From positions 1-58,243 of the forward strand of contig LWCA01000079.1 of assembly GCA_001642005.1 (NCBI GenBank): DNA of 58,243 bases, given 5' to 3'. Of this stretch, positions 1 to 18,216 are shown piece after piece; the stretch's first letter is position 1; each line of letters opens with the position of its first letter. The position numbers and the translations under genes were made by a program. The notes beneath the pieces were generated by a model, which searched no databases, was not told the origin of the DNA, and saw nothing but the letters and a program-made list of their open reading frames with translations. This DNA is from Intoshia linei. Lineage: Eukaryota > Animalia > Orthonectida.

Positions 1-1019
1 AGAATCTACAAAATTATATAATTTTAGTCCATATTTTCAAGGCTTCGAAGGTAAATACATTTTAAAACTGCATCTTCCTCTAAATAAGACCATGGTTTCA
101 TCCAATATTAAGTTATTTCCAGGTTCATAGTTGTTTTAGAAATTTTCCACAAAAAGATTAAATATTTCCCTTATTGGTGCAAGCCTGTCGTTCTTTTTTC
201 TTTGTTCTCTAGTATGTATGTCGTCAAATCTAATAGACCTGGACAAAAATAAAAATCTATTATAAAACATCACGGTTCTAATTGCATCAATACCGCATCC
301 ACAATTTCCCACAGATCAACAAAATGTGTCCGCGATCCTCTTTAACTTCGGGATATGAAAAGTATTCCAATATAAGCATTCATTTCAACTGAATTTGTCA
401 ATTTTTCATCTCTTGGTCGACTATATTTTGAACATGTGTCTGCTATTTTCATATTCGTACAGTTTACGATAATTTCCATAATATTATTAGTAAAAAGTAG
501 TCTAAAAAATTTTTCAATTGAAACATTTGATCTGTCAAAAATTTTATTTTTTGGAGCTGTAGAAAATATATTTAGGTAGATTTATTCGTATTCTAAATAC
601 TCACATCATCTTTGCCAGTCATGGATATAACAGGTTCAGGTGCACCACTTTCAGATTCTGTTAAACTTTCAATCAAATATTCACTATCGCATTCTGATCC
701 ACTAAAAGTATAAAAAATCTTCTTCAATGTCTTCTTTCATAATCATAATATAAATCAGTCAACAAAAATAGAATTGTAAACTTTTAGTATTCACTAAATA
801 ATAATCAAATCAAAAAAACTTTAGCGTTAGTAATGTTTATTTGTGACTTACAGTAATGTTATACATATACTTGTCATGTATTATATTTAAGCTCAATTTT
901 AATCTTAAAAATAATGTGACATTTTAATTATTTACTATAGCTCATGTCAAAATATAATATGTTAATTTATTTTTATGTATAAAAAATGGACAAAAATGTC
1001 CTCTGCGAGTAGTAAAGGG
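1..1019 (-). mobile_element. Degenerate piggyBac transposon (5' end and disrupted transposase; continues beyond window start), in a DAW1 intron
   Basis: Minus-strand terminus TTAA|CCCTTTACTAC at 1023-1009. Minus translation gives IRFDD..DRLAPIREIF..LDETMVLFRGRCSFKMYLPSKP*KYG, typical of piggyBac DDD transposases, with stops and frameshifts. Confidence 0.9.
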
Positions 1020-1039
1020 TTAATAAAAAAGTTTCGAAA

Positions 1040-1391
1040 TCAAAATAATGAATATTAAAGTACTCTTTTGACCGTCACTTAGTCAGATTAAAATTTTTTG
1101 AAATTCTAGGGCTGTTTTCATTAAAAAAAGACAGGCAATTTGTGGTTTTGGCCATGAAGATATAATTTTTTTAAATTTAAATTTATGATATTAAAATTCG
1201 TATCATCAAAGAGGGACAATTGGGATTTTTGACCCGTAAGATGTGAGTTTGCCAGGTTGAAATTTATCTTATTATACGTCCCGGAAAAAACTGTACTTGA
1301 AATGTGGACTTTATAAAATTCTAAGACTGGTAGTTATTTCAATAAAGTGGCACACAAACAAAAATCACGTAGCATATTATATAAGTTAGGA
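1040..1391 (-). mobile_element. Non-autonomous Helitron-like repeat, 5' fragment
   Basis: 5' TCCTAACTTATATAATATGCTACG start and core shared with more than 10 copies in the window. Confidence 0.75.
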
Positions 1392-1430
1392 TTTCCAAGT
1401 CTCATTGATAAGTTAATTTGTATTTTTTAC

Positions 1431-4400
1431 CGATAATGAATGTAATTCTACACCGCTTTCTACGTCACATATTTTAATTTCATTTTTCATGGTTCCAGTG
1501 GCTAATGTAGTGCTTTGAGGGTGAATATCCAAGCAAACCTATTATAAATATAATATTTTGTTCATTACGCAGTGCAGTATAAATAACTTTAACCAGTTGC
1601 GGCCCAGTTTACAGACCAGTATATACTTTTTTAATTAAATAATTTATCTATACCAATTCTGCCTTGTAGCCACGATATGTATGATTGCATTTTCCAGTTG
1701 CAGTATCCCACAATTTACATGTTTTATCAAATGATATTGTAACAATTTTGTTACTAAAAGTAATATTTTCATGTAAATTTACTTTTTTTTTATTTTTTTT
1801 AATTATAATTGATTATAAGTAGCGACTTGTAAAAATCATTTTATTCTTTTTTTTATGGTGTAATATTTAAATTAAATTTATTTTGATGGATTTTAATCTA
1901 ATAAGAGTACCTCCAAATTTAAATAGACATAAAAGTTTGATAATAGCTTAGCTGCTGATTTTTTCACCACGTACTGGTAATTTGCTATGAAATTTCTCAT
2001 GGATCACTAAAACGACATTACCATGAAAAATTTTCGTAAAACATTTCCGATGGACAGTTAAAACTATTTCGACGTGGCATTTGGGAACCGCTTGTTTAGC
2101 TTTTTACAATTAATGACAAATTTGAATTAACTGAAGATTAACTACAAAAATACGTTTTTTTTGAATTATCATACATTATTTGAGTATATTTTATTTTTTT
2201 AAAACAGGGATTCCCACACTTTTTTCACGGCGGACCATTAAAGCGAAATTACTAGGCAACGTTAAAAAAAATGATAAAAAACAATAAATTAACTTTTAAT
2301 TAATAAAAAAATTTCACGGACCGGCATTTGGGAACGCTGTTTTACATTGAATAAATAGGATATACAGTACATTCATAATTTTACTATATACGTAGTCAAG
2401 GGGGTTATTAACGGAAATTGCAATGAATTGATTGTAAATCATGATCAGTAGGAAATTACTTAAAAAGTACATGCGACAATAAAAAATTTAAAGTAAAAAG
2501 TACCCATAAGGATTATTGAATTTAGCTTTGTACACGACACTACCATGACCTTCTAAGGAATTTAGTAGTTTCCCATCTTCAGTGTTCCATATACAGCACG
2601 TTCTATCATAACTCGATGTTATAAATCTAATAAAAATTAAAATGTAAAAACCCAAAAATCTATACTTAGATCCAGGTTTATTGAAAGAAACTGAGGTGAC
2701 AGGTAAAAGATGAGTTTTAAGTATCTAAAATTATAATATCAAATAATAATGTTGCAATGAATATAATTATTAATTATGTTAATTATTATTGTTTCTTAAA
2801 GTTTTTTTTCTGTAATGAAACATTCGTTAGTTGGTTAAACGAGTTAGTATTAAATTAATTATTCATCGATTTTAAAATTACTGGTGTTACACCAATTGCA
2901 CTTATTATTATTATTAATGTTATACGTACACAAGTGCATTGGGGTACGACATTGTTTCATTTGAAAATTAAAAATTCATAAAAATTTTAATTTTTTTCAA
3001 ACTTTGACTCACTACACATGATTTAATCACGCGGATACAATTTATTACAATATAACATTCAAAATATACCTTGTGTTGGGTATATTTATTGTCATATTTA
3101 ATTTTAGCTATTTTTGATTGCAGTCCTAAAATTAGTGATTAATAATCATTAATACATTATGTAGATTTTGTTCTGTAAATGTAAAGCATATGACCGGAAA
3201 AAGTGAATCTGATAATCAGATAAATCTGGCAACTCTGCCGGTGAGTTGAGAGAAATTAAATATTTTTATATTTTATCCTTACATATATAATATGATGTAT
3301 TTGTCTGTGAGTGTGCGTGTGTGTGTTATCGTTTATTTCAATAACTACTCGTCTTAGAATTTTATAAAGTCCAAATTTCTATTATATTTTTTTCCGGGGT
3401 GAAAGTAAGATAAATTTCAACCTTCCAAACTCACATCTTACGCGTCAAAAAGCTCAATTATCCTTTTTTTGAAAATCAAACGGGTTCGAGAATTTAAAAA
3501 AATATACACTCTGATACACATTTTAAAATATAATTAATCATAAATTTAAATTAAAAAAAAATATAAATAAATAATAAACATACATTGTTAAAATGTGGCA
3601 AGTAAGTAAGTAATTCACAAGTAAAAAAGTTGGGAACCCCTACTTTAAGAGATTCGTTCCCATTTATGATTAGAATATTTTTCATTATATACTCTGGTTT
3701 CATCATGCCAATTTATCAACCAGGGTATATCCCAATCGATCGGTATATGAGTATTTCATATGAATAAAATATAAAAATAAAATATACTTTTTATCAAAAG
3801 CTTTATTTGTGAAGTATTTGCATCATTAATTAAAGGTTCTTTATTGCTAATTTCGTCAACTACTTCATTTATATTGCTTCTAAAGCATTTAATTAATTAT
3901 AATTAATTCGTCATTATCCTGCCTCAACAATGATGACTCCATATTCTGAACAGTAGACTTAAATGTAATCACATTTTCATAGTAATTAATTATCATTATC
4001 ATTAATTATTATTACACAATTCTATGTTGTACTAGCTTGACTGTTATGTAGTTCGTACTCACCGTAACTAGCTCTGCCGAGGGCGGACTTTATTAATTAA
4101 ACCAAAAAAATGTTACATAATTCAATTATTCACTATTACTAATCATTTAAAGGAGTGGTTGCCCAAATTGTTTCACCGGTCATTTCACCTTAAATTAAAT
4201 ATAAATAAGGTGAATTATGCACACTTAGTTTTATTTTGTTATTTTGTTAATTCCGGTGCACCATTGATATAGAACATGTTGTTCTCAAATTTTTTTTCAT
4301 GTTCGTTATTGAAAGATAATAAAGAAAGAAAAGATAAATCCAAAAATTAAATTTTAAAATTTTGCGGGCCCAACATTAAAAAATATAGTCGAAACGCAAG

Positions 4401-6520
4401 TGTAAGACCAAAATGTTAAAATTTGACAGATTAATCAGAAAATTACTACGAGTGTCATGATATTAATATTACGCCAATTAAAATTATAATTAGTATTTTA
4501 TAAAATCACTAGATTGGTTGTTTTGTACTTTGTACAAACAACACGTAGCTCTGCCGAGGGTGGACTAGTGATTGTGATTTCCCGGAAAATGACAAAAGTC
4601 GAAAACTGGGAAATTAAAAATTATCTTTAGAATATAATATAGAAGCATTAAAAATTTTAGAGACCTTAATTAATTTTAGAAACCAAAAAAAATTTACTTA
4701 ATGAAATAATACGAATCTAAATTTAAATTTACAAATTTAATTAGAAAAAAATTTATTTATTTTAGATTGTTGAAAAAGTGTTTCAAAACACACATAATAT
4801 TGATAGATTCGTTTTTGAAACGTGTTCTACGTTTTGTAATGAAATTAGAAGCAGTATAGAAATTTCTTTCACTTTGTGTTGACGTTGGTTGAACGGACAT
4901 AGGTCACAACTCAAAATATTTTTCAAAATAATATTGGAAAAAGAGGATAATTCCCTTAAGCGTTAGTAATTTGTGGTTGGAATAAGACGTTTTTAAAAAA
5001 AGTATTGGAAAAAGAATATTTTTCCATTAAGGGCTAGAAAATTAGATTTTTTATTTGCGGTTTGATGAAGTGGATTTTTTTCATAAGATTTCATAAAATC
5101 GGATTTTTGTAAAGAATATCAGTGTAAGTCAATTTTTCCATGAGGGCTTGAAATGGTATTTTTGATTAAGTTTTATTAGTGGTGAGATTTTTGAAATTGT
5201 AAATTTTAAATATTATAATATAATCATATTTTCATAGTAATAACAAACATAAATCAAATACACGTATGTCTCAATTTTTTTCGGGAAATCCCGGGAATTT
5301 GTCCCGGCACAATCACTAGGGTGGACTTTTCTACTTCTACCAAAAAATAAAATCTTACATAAAAATGCCACTATTCACTATAACCAATCTTTTCATGTAA
5401 TGATTCTTAAACGTGCCAAGACAATTTTTTTTTTAAATTCTAGGATCATTAATTATATCAAATTTTTTGTTTTAATGAAATAGTTTTCCAAAAAAAGGTA
5501 AGCAGTAAATTACTTTTTTGAACATGAAAGCTTAACTTTCTTTAAAAAACTCTCTTTAAAATATGGTAAAAATATTTTCCCAAATCTTTTGAAAATAAAG
5601 TAAAAAAAATCCCGTATGTTCCTTGTGTGTGTCAACTGGAATTAACTGTATGAACTGTAATTTTTTTTAAAATTGTAGGACAGTTTCATTTTTTTAAAAA
5701 AAGCTAATTTGAATTTTTGGTCCTGAAGGTATATTTTTTTAAAATTAAAATTTATGATAATATTTATGAATTTCAAATTTTAAAATCTGTATCGAGTGTA
5801 TATTTTTTTAAATTCTATAACTTGTTTGATTTTAAAAAAAATAATTGGTGTTTTTGATTTGTAAGATGTGAGTTTCTGAGATTGAAATTTATCTTACTTT
5901 CACGCCTTGTAAAAACTATAACAAAAATGTGGAATTTTTTAGCAATTCTAAGACTTAGTTATTAAAAAAAACGATAACACACATACAGGTATACAGACAG
6001 ACAAATAGTTTTATATAGAAATTAGGATTAGTCATGTAGTTAAGATAATAGTAAAAAAGGCCCAAAAAGTAAAAAGTTGAGATTAATTAGTACAAAAGGG
6101 CAGAATTATTTCTAATAAATTTAAATTAATTTTAGGTAATGTGGTAATTATGATATTTCTGTAAAATTTACAGTGTAAATCAATATTTTTTATAAATATA
6201 TATCTAAATAATTTCGTGGGATGCACAATTTGATCTGGGGGCCGCATGCGGCCATCATGGAATGATTTTGGTCTTAGATAAATAATACAATTTTTGTAAA
6301 GCGCTTTATGTAGTCACTTTTGGGAGCGCCCACTGTATGTCAAGTTTATACAGTACAAATTTAAATTACTCTGCTTTTAGGGTAGGAAGTTCCAATTTTC
6401 TAGTGTGTAAATTTCCTTGTTGAGTATATTCTAGTAAAATACCTATAATTTAAATGAACATAAGATTAATTATCAGGTACCGGGTGGGTAATAACGCAGT
6501 AAAACACGCTTTAATTTCAT
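1431..6520 (-). CDS. DAW1: Dynein assembly factor with WD repeats 1 (WDR69/ODA16); 5' eight exons, 3' part outside window
   Basis: Exons 6481-6520, 6370-6442, 3788-3879, 3070-3125, 2666-2724, 2504-2626, 1654-1753, 1431-1538 join in frame with GT-AG. Protein reads [19 protein letters not shown]...[48 protein letters not shown], matching WDR69. Confidence 0.92.
3276..3560 (+). mobile_element. Helitron-like repeat, 5' fragment
   Basis: A|TCCTTACATATATAATATG start, TG microsatellite, shared core (CTCACATCTTAC.GTCAAAA). Confidence 0.7.
4509..6027 (-). mobile_element. Helitron-like element with both termini, carrying a nested hAT insertion
   Basis: 5' TCCTAA at 6027; 3' GTAC-GTAC hairpin followed by CTAG|T at 4509. 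Confidence 0.75.
4566..5318. mobile_element. Non-autonomous hAT element
   Basis: TIRs TAGTGATTGTG / CACAATCACTA; perfect 8-bp TSD GGGTGGAC (4558-4565, 5319-5326). Confidence 0.85.
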
Positions 6521-7049
6521 ATCTGTTTATTGAGTCTTGGAAATGAAAACACCATCTTAACTACATATTTCTAAAAATCATAGTTAATAAACATAATTAA
6601 ATAATTAGATAAACATGATTGTAAATATGCATTATTTCAAATTCATTGACATTAACTAATTATAATTATAAAAGTTATAATTTACAATACATTACAGTAT
6701 AACTCTTTATTAACAAAATTTCCAAATTTTCAATTTCGTTAATCATGAATGTTCATAATAGTAACACAGTTGTTGACGGAATTTAATTTTTTTAACAAAT
6801 AAAAACCAGAATTAAATGGTTATATTTCTTGTTATTATGAGTATTTGAATAATACATGACCAAAAATTTCCACTTTTTAAACTTTCGGTCGAATTAACAC
6901 AAGTATATTTTACTGAGCGTTCGAAATGTAATTTAGAACACAATTACAGATTAAATTTGATCTAGTTTTGTAATTTCCTTCGCCTATTTTTTTTAAACCT
7001 TTTTTAATTGTTAATGTTTTTATACCTACTATACTAGTATATACATTTA

Positions 7050-7463
7050 AATGATATTTATGAAATTTTTTGTCTGTGTTAACAGGATACCACTGTACCA
7101 CCTGTAAATTTTTTGAAATTCTAGGGCTGTTTTTATTAAAAAAAGAAAGGTAAGTTGGGGTTTTGGCCCTGAAGATATAATTTTTTTAAATTTAAATTTA
7201 TGATAATGTTTATGGTTTTAAAATCCGTATCAGCGTATATATTTTTTAATTTCTCTAACTCGTTTCATTTTCAAAAAGAGGAACAATTGGGGTTTTTGAC
7301 CTGTAAGATGTGAGTTCGGGAGGTTGAAATTGTTTGCGAACCCCTCAGAAAAAACTGTCATTGAAATGTAGACTGTATAAAATTCTAAAACAGGTAGTTA
7401 TTTCAATAAAGTGGAACACACAGACACAAATAAAAATAGCGTAGCATATTATATAAGTAAGGA
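7050..7463 (-). mobile_element. Helitron-like repeat, 5' fragment
   Basis: TCCTTACTTATATAATATGCTACGC start and shared core. Confidence 0.75.
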
Positions 7464-7692
7464 TGAAGCAATTTTTTTTTACAATAAATTGTATGAAAAA
7501 TAAAACGTCAATGAAATATTGAGAAACTGAAATATAATCTATAAACCAGACGCTTTCACACCAAAAACTAAACTAACCCTGAATGGTTAAAAATAATGCA
7601 ATAAATTTTAATAAACAAAAATGAACATAAATTTAATAAAAAATTAGTGCAAATACATTCAGATTATTGTAAACTATGGAATTATAAAGATA

Positions 7693-7821
7693 TTATTCCA
7701 TAATAACCATCAAAGCCATTTCAGTGATACCGCATCTGTTGTCTCTTCTCAAGATTCTGAATTAACTTTTCTCACCCCAATTGGCTCCCCAACTGTTTTT
7801 TACAATCCAATAATCTGCGTC
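7693..7821 (-). pseudogene. Papain-family (C1A) cysteine protease C-terminal fragment
   Basis: Translation [41 protein letters not shown] contains the catalytic-Asn motif KNSWG..WGE; the conserved GY is changed to S-stop. Confidence 0.85.
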
Positions 7822-7824
7822 AAT

Positions 7825-8088
7825 TATGATTTTAAAATCCGCATCAGCGTATATATTTTTTTAAATTCTCCAACTCGTTTGATTTTCAAAAGGAGGGACA
7901 ACAGGGGTTTTTGACCCTTAAGATGTGAAATTGGGAGTTTGAAATTTATCTTATTATACGCCCCGGAAAAAACTGTAATTGAAATGTGGTCTTTAAAAAA
8001 ATTCTAAGAGTGCTAGTTATTTCAAAAAAGTAACACACACAGACAGACACACAAACAAAAATCGCGTCGCATTTTATATAAGTTAGGA
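7825..8088 (-). mobile_element. Helitron-like repeat, 5' fragment; joined head-to-tail to the 3' end of another copy at 8089-8260
   Basis: TCCTAACTTATATAAAATGCGACGCG start at 8088; the adjacent 8089-8140 carries the family 3' hairpin terminus. Confidence 0.75.
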
Positions 8089-9913
8089 TAGGTTGACTGT
8101 TATGTACTACGTACAAACAGCACCTAGCTCTGCCGAGGGCACATTTTTATCATACCAAATAAATAAATTCACGTTGAATATGTAACTTAAAAATCCTACT
8201 ATTAACTATTATCAATTATTTAAAGGAGTGGTTCCCAAATTTGTTTCAGGTGGAACCATTATATCACATTATTTTTTACTTTAACTGAATTATTCCATCT
8301 TAATTTTTTGTTTATTAAAATTTGCGTAAAAAATTTAATAACAATTGTTATTCCATTTTTTTAATTTATTAGACAGAATTTGTGTATAATATTAAAAATA
8401 AAGTAAAAACAGTCCAATTAAATTTGGACTTTTAATTAGTAAAAAAATGAAATGGGCAAATGAGTTTTTTGTTTATCAGTCATTAAAAATAGATTATAAA
8501 GCTTTAGATTTAATATTTTTAGTAATTGAATTTTTGGTTCATACTGATTCGATAAAAAAATAAATTCCGTTAACTAACGGAATTAGAATATAATTGAGAA
8601 TTTCATCACTGAATTTTACAATATGTATTGTATGATGTATATATTTTGAATTAACACATGTTCTGTGAGACGTCACTCTAAAAAATTCACAAAGATCAAC
8701 AAGTGCAAGTCTGTAAAGTGTATGATTGCATGGAAGAAGTAGCATTAGACTAAACATATTGTAATATAAATTCGAGCATTATATTATCTATTTTGATTAA
8801 TTTTTGTTTAGTTATATTTCTTGACTTATTATCAATGTCCATTAAACATTTTCCTGTCTGATTTCTAAACTATAGTACTAAATCTGACCTTAAAAAAATA
8901 AAAATATAATGAGTAAATTTGCATTTTCGGGATCACCAAATTTTGAATATGACTTGTTGCAATAATTATAAAAATAATCATCATATTATTTGACAAATAA
9001 AGTCAATATGATTTATTAGTGTATTTATTAATTTGAAATATTTAATAAATATGACATTATAAAATATATTGATCAATTGCGTTTACATTTTATCTTAAAG
9101 TATCACGATATTCAAACCTAATCGCCGATATAAAAGTTAAAATCCAAATTTAACTATCGTTAATGTAACAATCAATATTGAATAGTTACAATGTTAACTT
9201 ATTATTGTATTAAAATGTCATTTGAACAATTACGACTGTCCAGTAAATATCTAGATTAAATTATAAGAATGTTGTATTCATTTATGATAATTTATGACCT
9301 TGTCGAGTAATAAAATCCGATTGCTATAATAATGCAACCAAGACTATTATTCATGAGAGTGGAAATTTATATGGAGCTTAACGGTGGCCAGGAGATGAGG
9401 ATTGTTGCGAATCGCAACGTCTCTATTGTCTAGTATCCATAGTCATCAAATTTACTGCTGTCTGCAACTTAGCACGTATTGTCGCTCCGATTTGAATTAA
9501 CATTGAATTAGTAAACTGGATACAAAATGTAGGTAATATGTAGAGCAATTTGTAATTTATGTATAGAAAACACTAATATCAAATAAAATTAACTATTTAA
9601 ATGCTGTCCAATATCCTACACTATTGTCTGATTAACTTTTTGTAATTTATTTGCGAAGCTGGATAATATATCAAGATAGTCTCAATTTATGGTATCATAT
9701 TTGCGTGAACATTGACTTAATGTTAATATCGAAATTTTAGTATAAACCGTCAAAAGAACACCAAAAATTTAATCCGGCCTATGCAACTGTTCAAGGTAAT
9801 TTTTCCTTGTTGAAATACAAACCTTGCATTCCGAAAAGATCTAATTCTACCAAAATTTCTGCAAAAATCAATGTAACCTTTAATATTGAATATTTTGGTG
9901 TATAAAAATTTAG

Positions 9914-10802
9914 ATGAATAAAAAGTACCCTAAACCCGACTATTTTTACGATACTATTCAAAACTCTCAAACTAATAAACGAGACGGTCCCGTATATTGG
10001 GGATTAAAATTATCTTTGGGTAAACAAATTAAAAGACACTTCAAAAAAGAAAAAAATCTAAACAGGATGAGTTCATTGTCGTCATTTAGTAGCAATTCCA
10101 CGTATAGTAGTATTTATAGTGGTATCAGCAATATTGGAGATGTAAATTCACCAGTAGTATATCAGTGTTGCGATAGTGTCCATTCTACCGTCTCGGGGTA
10201 TTCTTCTATGTCGCTTTCTCAAAAAAATGTAATTATTGACCAGCACAGATTAAACAAAGACAGGATTAGACATAATATGCGTGGTGTACAAGATGAAGCG
10301 ATACAGCGGCAATTATTCCGGGAAATTGTCTCACGTGGAGGGGAAAATCATTCTACAATTAGGAAAAAATTGCCAAAACCACCTCAACGTAAAACTGAAT
10401 TATCTAGTCCCCACCAATACTCCACTCTTACTCACAAACTCAAACCAGAGTTTCAACCCTTAACCGAATCGGAAAACATTTATGAACACGTACCACATGT
10501 TCCAGTTGAACAAACCTTTGAATTGCCTCCACCGTCACTTGAAATGCTTAGTTTGACTATATCCGAACGTCCTTTACGTTAGACATTATATTTACAATAA
10601 TAACTTTCTATCTAGCCGCTATCAAAGCACTATCAATTCCTGCATGGAAGCAAGAACTCATCAATAAACGAAACAATGTATATCTATTTGTTTAACTTTC
10701 TAATTTCTTTAGACCCCAAAAGAAAATTTACGGAAACCCTCTGCCTTCTCTGAGCAGTTGATGGAAAAATTGAAGGAGCAACGTAAAAAGTCAGAATGCT
10801 GA
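9914..10802 (+). CDS. Hypothetical Ser/Pro-rich protein (3 exons; possible extra 5' exon at 9741-9795)
   Basis: 222-aa ORF splices via short GT-AG introns to exons encoding AIKALSIPAWKQELINKRNN and TPKENLRKPSAFSEQLMEKLKEQRKKSEC*; AATAAA at about 10831. Confidence 0.65.
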
Positions 10803-10889
10803 ATTTAATCTTGAACTCATTTTATGTATTAATAAAGTTGTCTTTCTTTAATCTAATTTTATTTATTTTAATTACTATTTTCCACAATA

Positions 10890-16374
<5,485 letters not shown>

Positions 16375-16826
16375 AAATGGAATATCACAAGAATAATTTA
16401 CATATTTATTTTTTCACAATTAAATAATTATTAAATTTAAAAGGTCATCTCATGTTATCTAAAGGGTTGGTAAAGCTGGATTTTTCTTTTCAGGGTTGGA
16501 TTAAAGTAGATGCCCTTTAAAAAATTATAGAGAACAAATGTATTTTATATAAACTGGTTCCAGGGGTCAATATGAGCCATTTTAAAGTAGTGAGATTGAT
16601 CCTTCCCGTTGTTTTAATGGTTGATAACATTTTTACTTTTGTATTTCTCGCCTTCTCGTCAGATTGGCTGGAATATTGATAAAACTTCATTAGGTTAAGG
16701 TTTTATTAAAATTTATAAAAACAAACAATAAATGTACGTTGTACAAGTTATTTAAAATGTACCATTTAAACATTAAAGATTTTCCATGATTTACATTTTT
16801 TGTAAAAACTATTGTATTACAACTTG

Positions 16827-18173
16827 TTAGTCGTCAAATTGTTTTTCTATTTGATCCAACACTTTAGGTAAATATTGAACCATCAAAACAAATGTAGTTT
16901 CTAAAATAAGCTTTAACAATCAAATATGTATTCAATGTCAATATTCTAAATTTCAAACAAAGCAGAACCTGTCATACTCCAGCCTTCACTCGAAAATCAA
17001 AAATAGACCGCTAAAAAGTACAGTATTTTGCAAACAATGGGTATTACCCAATATGCCCTAGTCACCTCTTCACGGATCTGGGCTTAACAGTTTACATTTG
17101 ACACACAAATATAATTCTAGTTATGAATCTTGATATTCAAAAATATAATTTTTTTAAATTTTAAATTCGGAAAATTAAAGCCCCATTTTACAAAAATTTC
17201 GTCCCGCCCGCACAACACCAAAACTTTTTTTCAACAATTTTAGTATGTCTCGTTATCAAATTTAATAGAATTATGAAAATATAAATCATAACATGGGTAA
17301 TTACCTGGTCCTTTAAACAGCTCGACAGCTTTTGAATGGGATACATTTTCTACATTCTGAAAAATAAAAATTTGAAAATAGAATAAAAACTATTCCGTTT
17401 ATGCTAATAATTTGATCTCCACGCCGTAATTCCGCACTTATATCAGCACAAGAATTTGGAATGATACGTGAAATAAAAATTGGAGAATTTTGTTCAGATC
17501 CACCTGTAATATTAAACCCTAGATTGTCATTACTTCGTTTGATCGTGACTAGCCGAGGATGGGAATACATTTGAGATGCTGCAAAGGCTGCAATGGTAGC
17601 CTAAATAATTAATTTATAAATAAAACTATCTACCATAAAACAGCCATCCATAATGGATTCTATAATTATAATTGAAAGGTTTATAAACTAAAATTTTCGT
17701 ATAAGTTTAATTTTGTATCAGAAAATTTCCCTTTTTTGGAGTTAGTTTTATCAATTAAATATTTTAAATGCTTTCTAAAAAACATTGGCAGATATAAAAA
17801 AAAGAAAGATTGCCATAAATTTAAAAAGTATTAAAATTGAAAAATAAATAAAAACCTTTTCAGTTGCTATTGCCCTAGTCTCTTCATCTCTCTTAATGTC
17901 TACTGTGTTATACATGAGTTCATACACTTGACGAACACTATTGAATAAATCAGATTCCAAGATTTTTTCAAGATTAATCAGATCTGTATACTCTTCTTTT
18001 TCTTGTTGGTTGAGTCCCTCTATGAAAATGTATAAAATACTTGAAAAATTACCATCTTTCAATCCTCTAATTAAACTAACCACTTTATCAATGTCTAAAT
18101 ATTTACACACAATTTTAAAACCAATTTAACCTTCTTTTAGATTAAAATCTTTAGAATCTAAATTCTCTTCCAT
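16827..18173 (-). CDS. LIN7: Protein lin-7 homolog (L27 + PDZ)
   Basis: Spliced exons give [21 protein letters not shown]|[67 protein letters not shown]. Confidence 0.92.
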
Positions 18174-18216
18174 ATTAAAATATTTTGTTTCCATAACATA
18201 TTTATTGTATTTTAAA

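Noticed and set aside
8539-8757. 72-aa ORF and other 60-90 aa ORFs in the track (e.g. 12344, 12600, 13296, 26838, 38223, 46890, 52041, 54370)
   Set aside because: They overlap repeats, are antisense to real exons, or have the low-complexity composition expected by chance in AT-rich DNA.
9339-9500. U3 snoRNA (starts AAGACTAT, has a GATGAGGA box-like motif)
   Set aside because: No recognisable box A, B or terminal D; similarity limited to a few bases.
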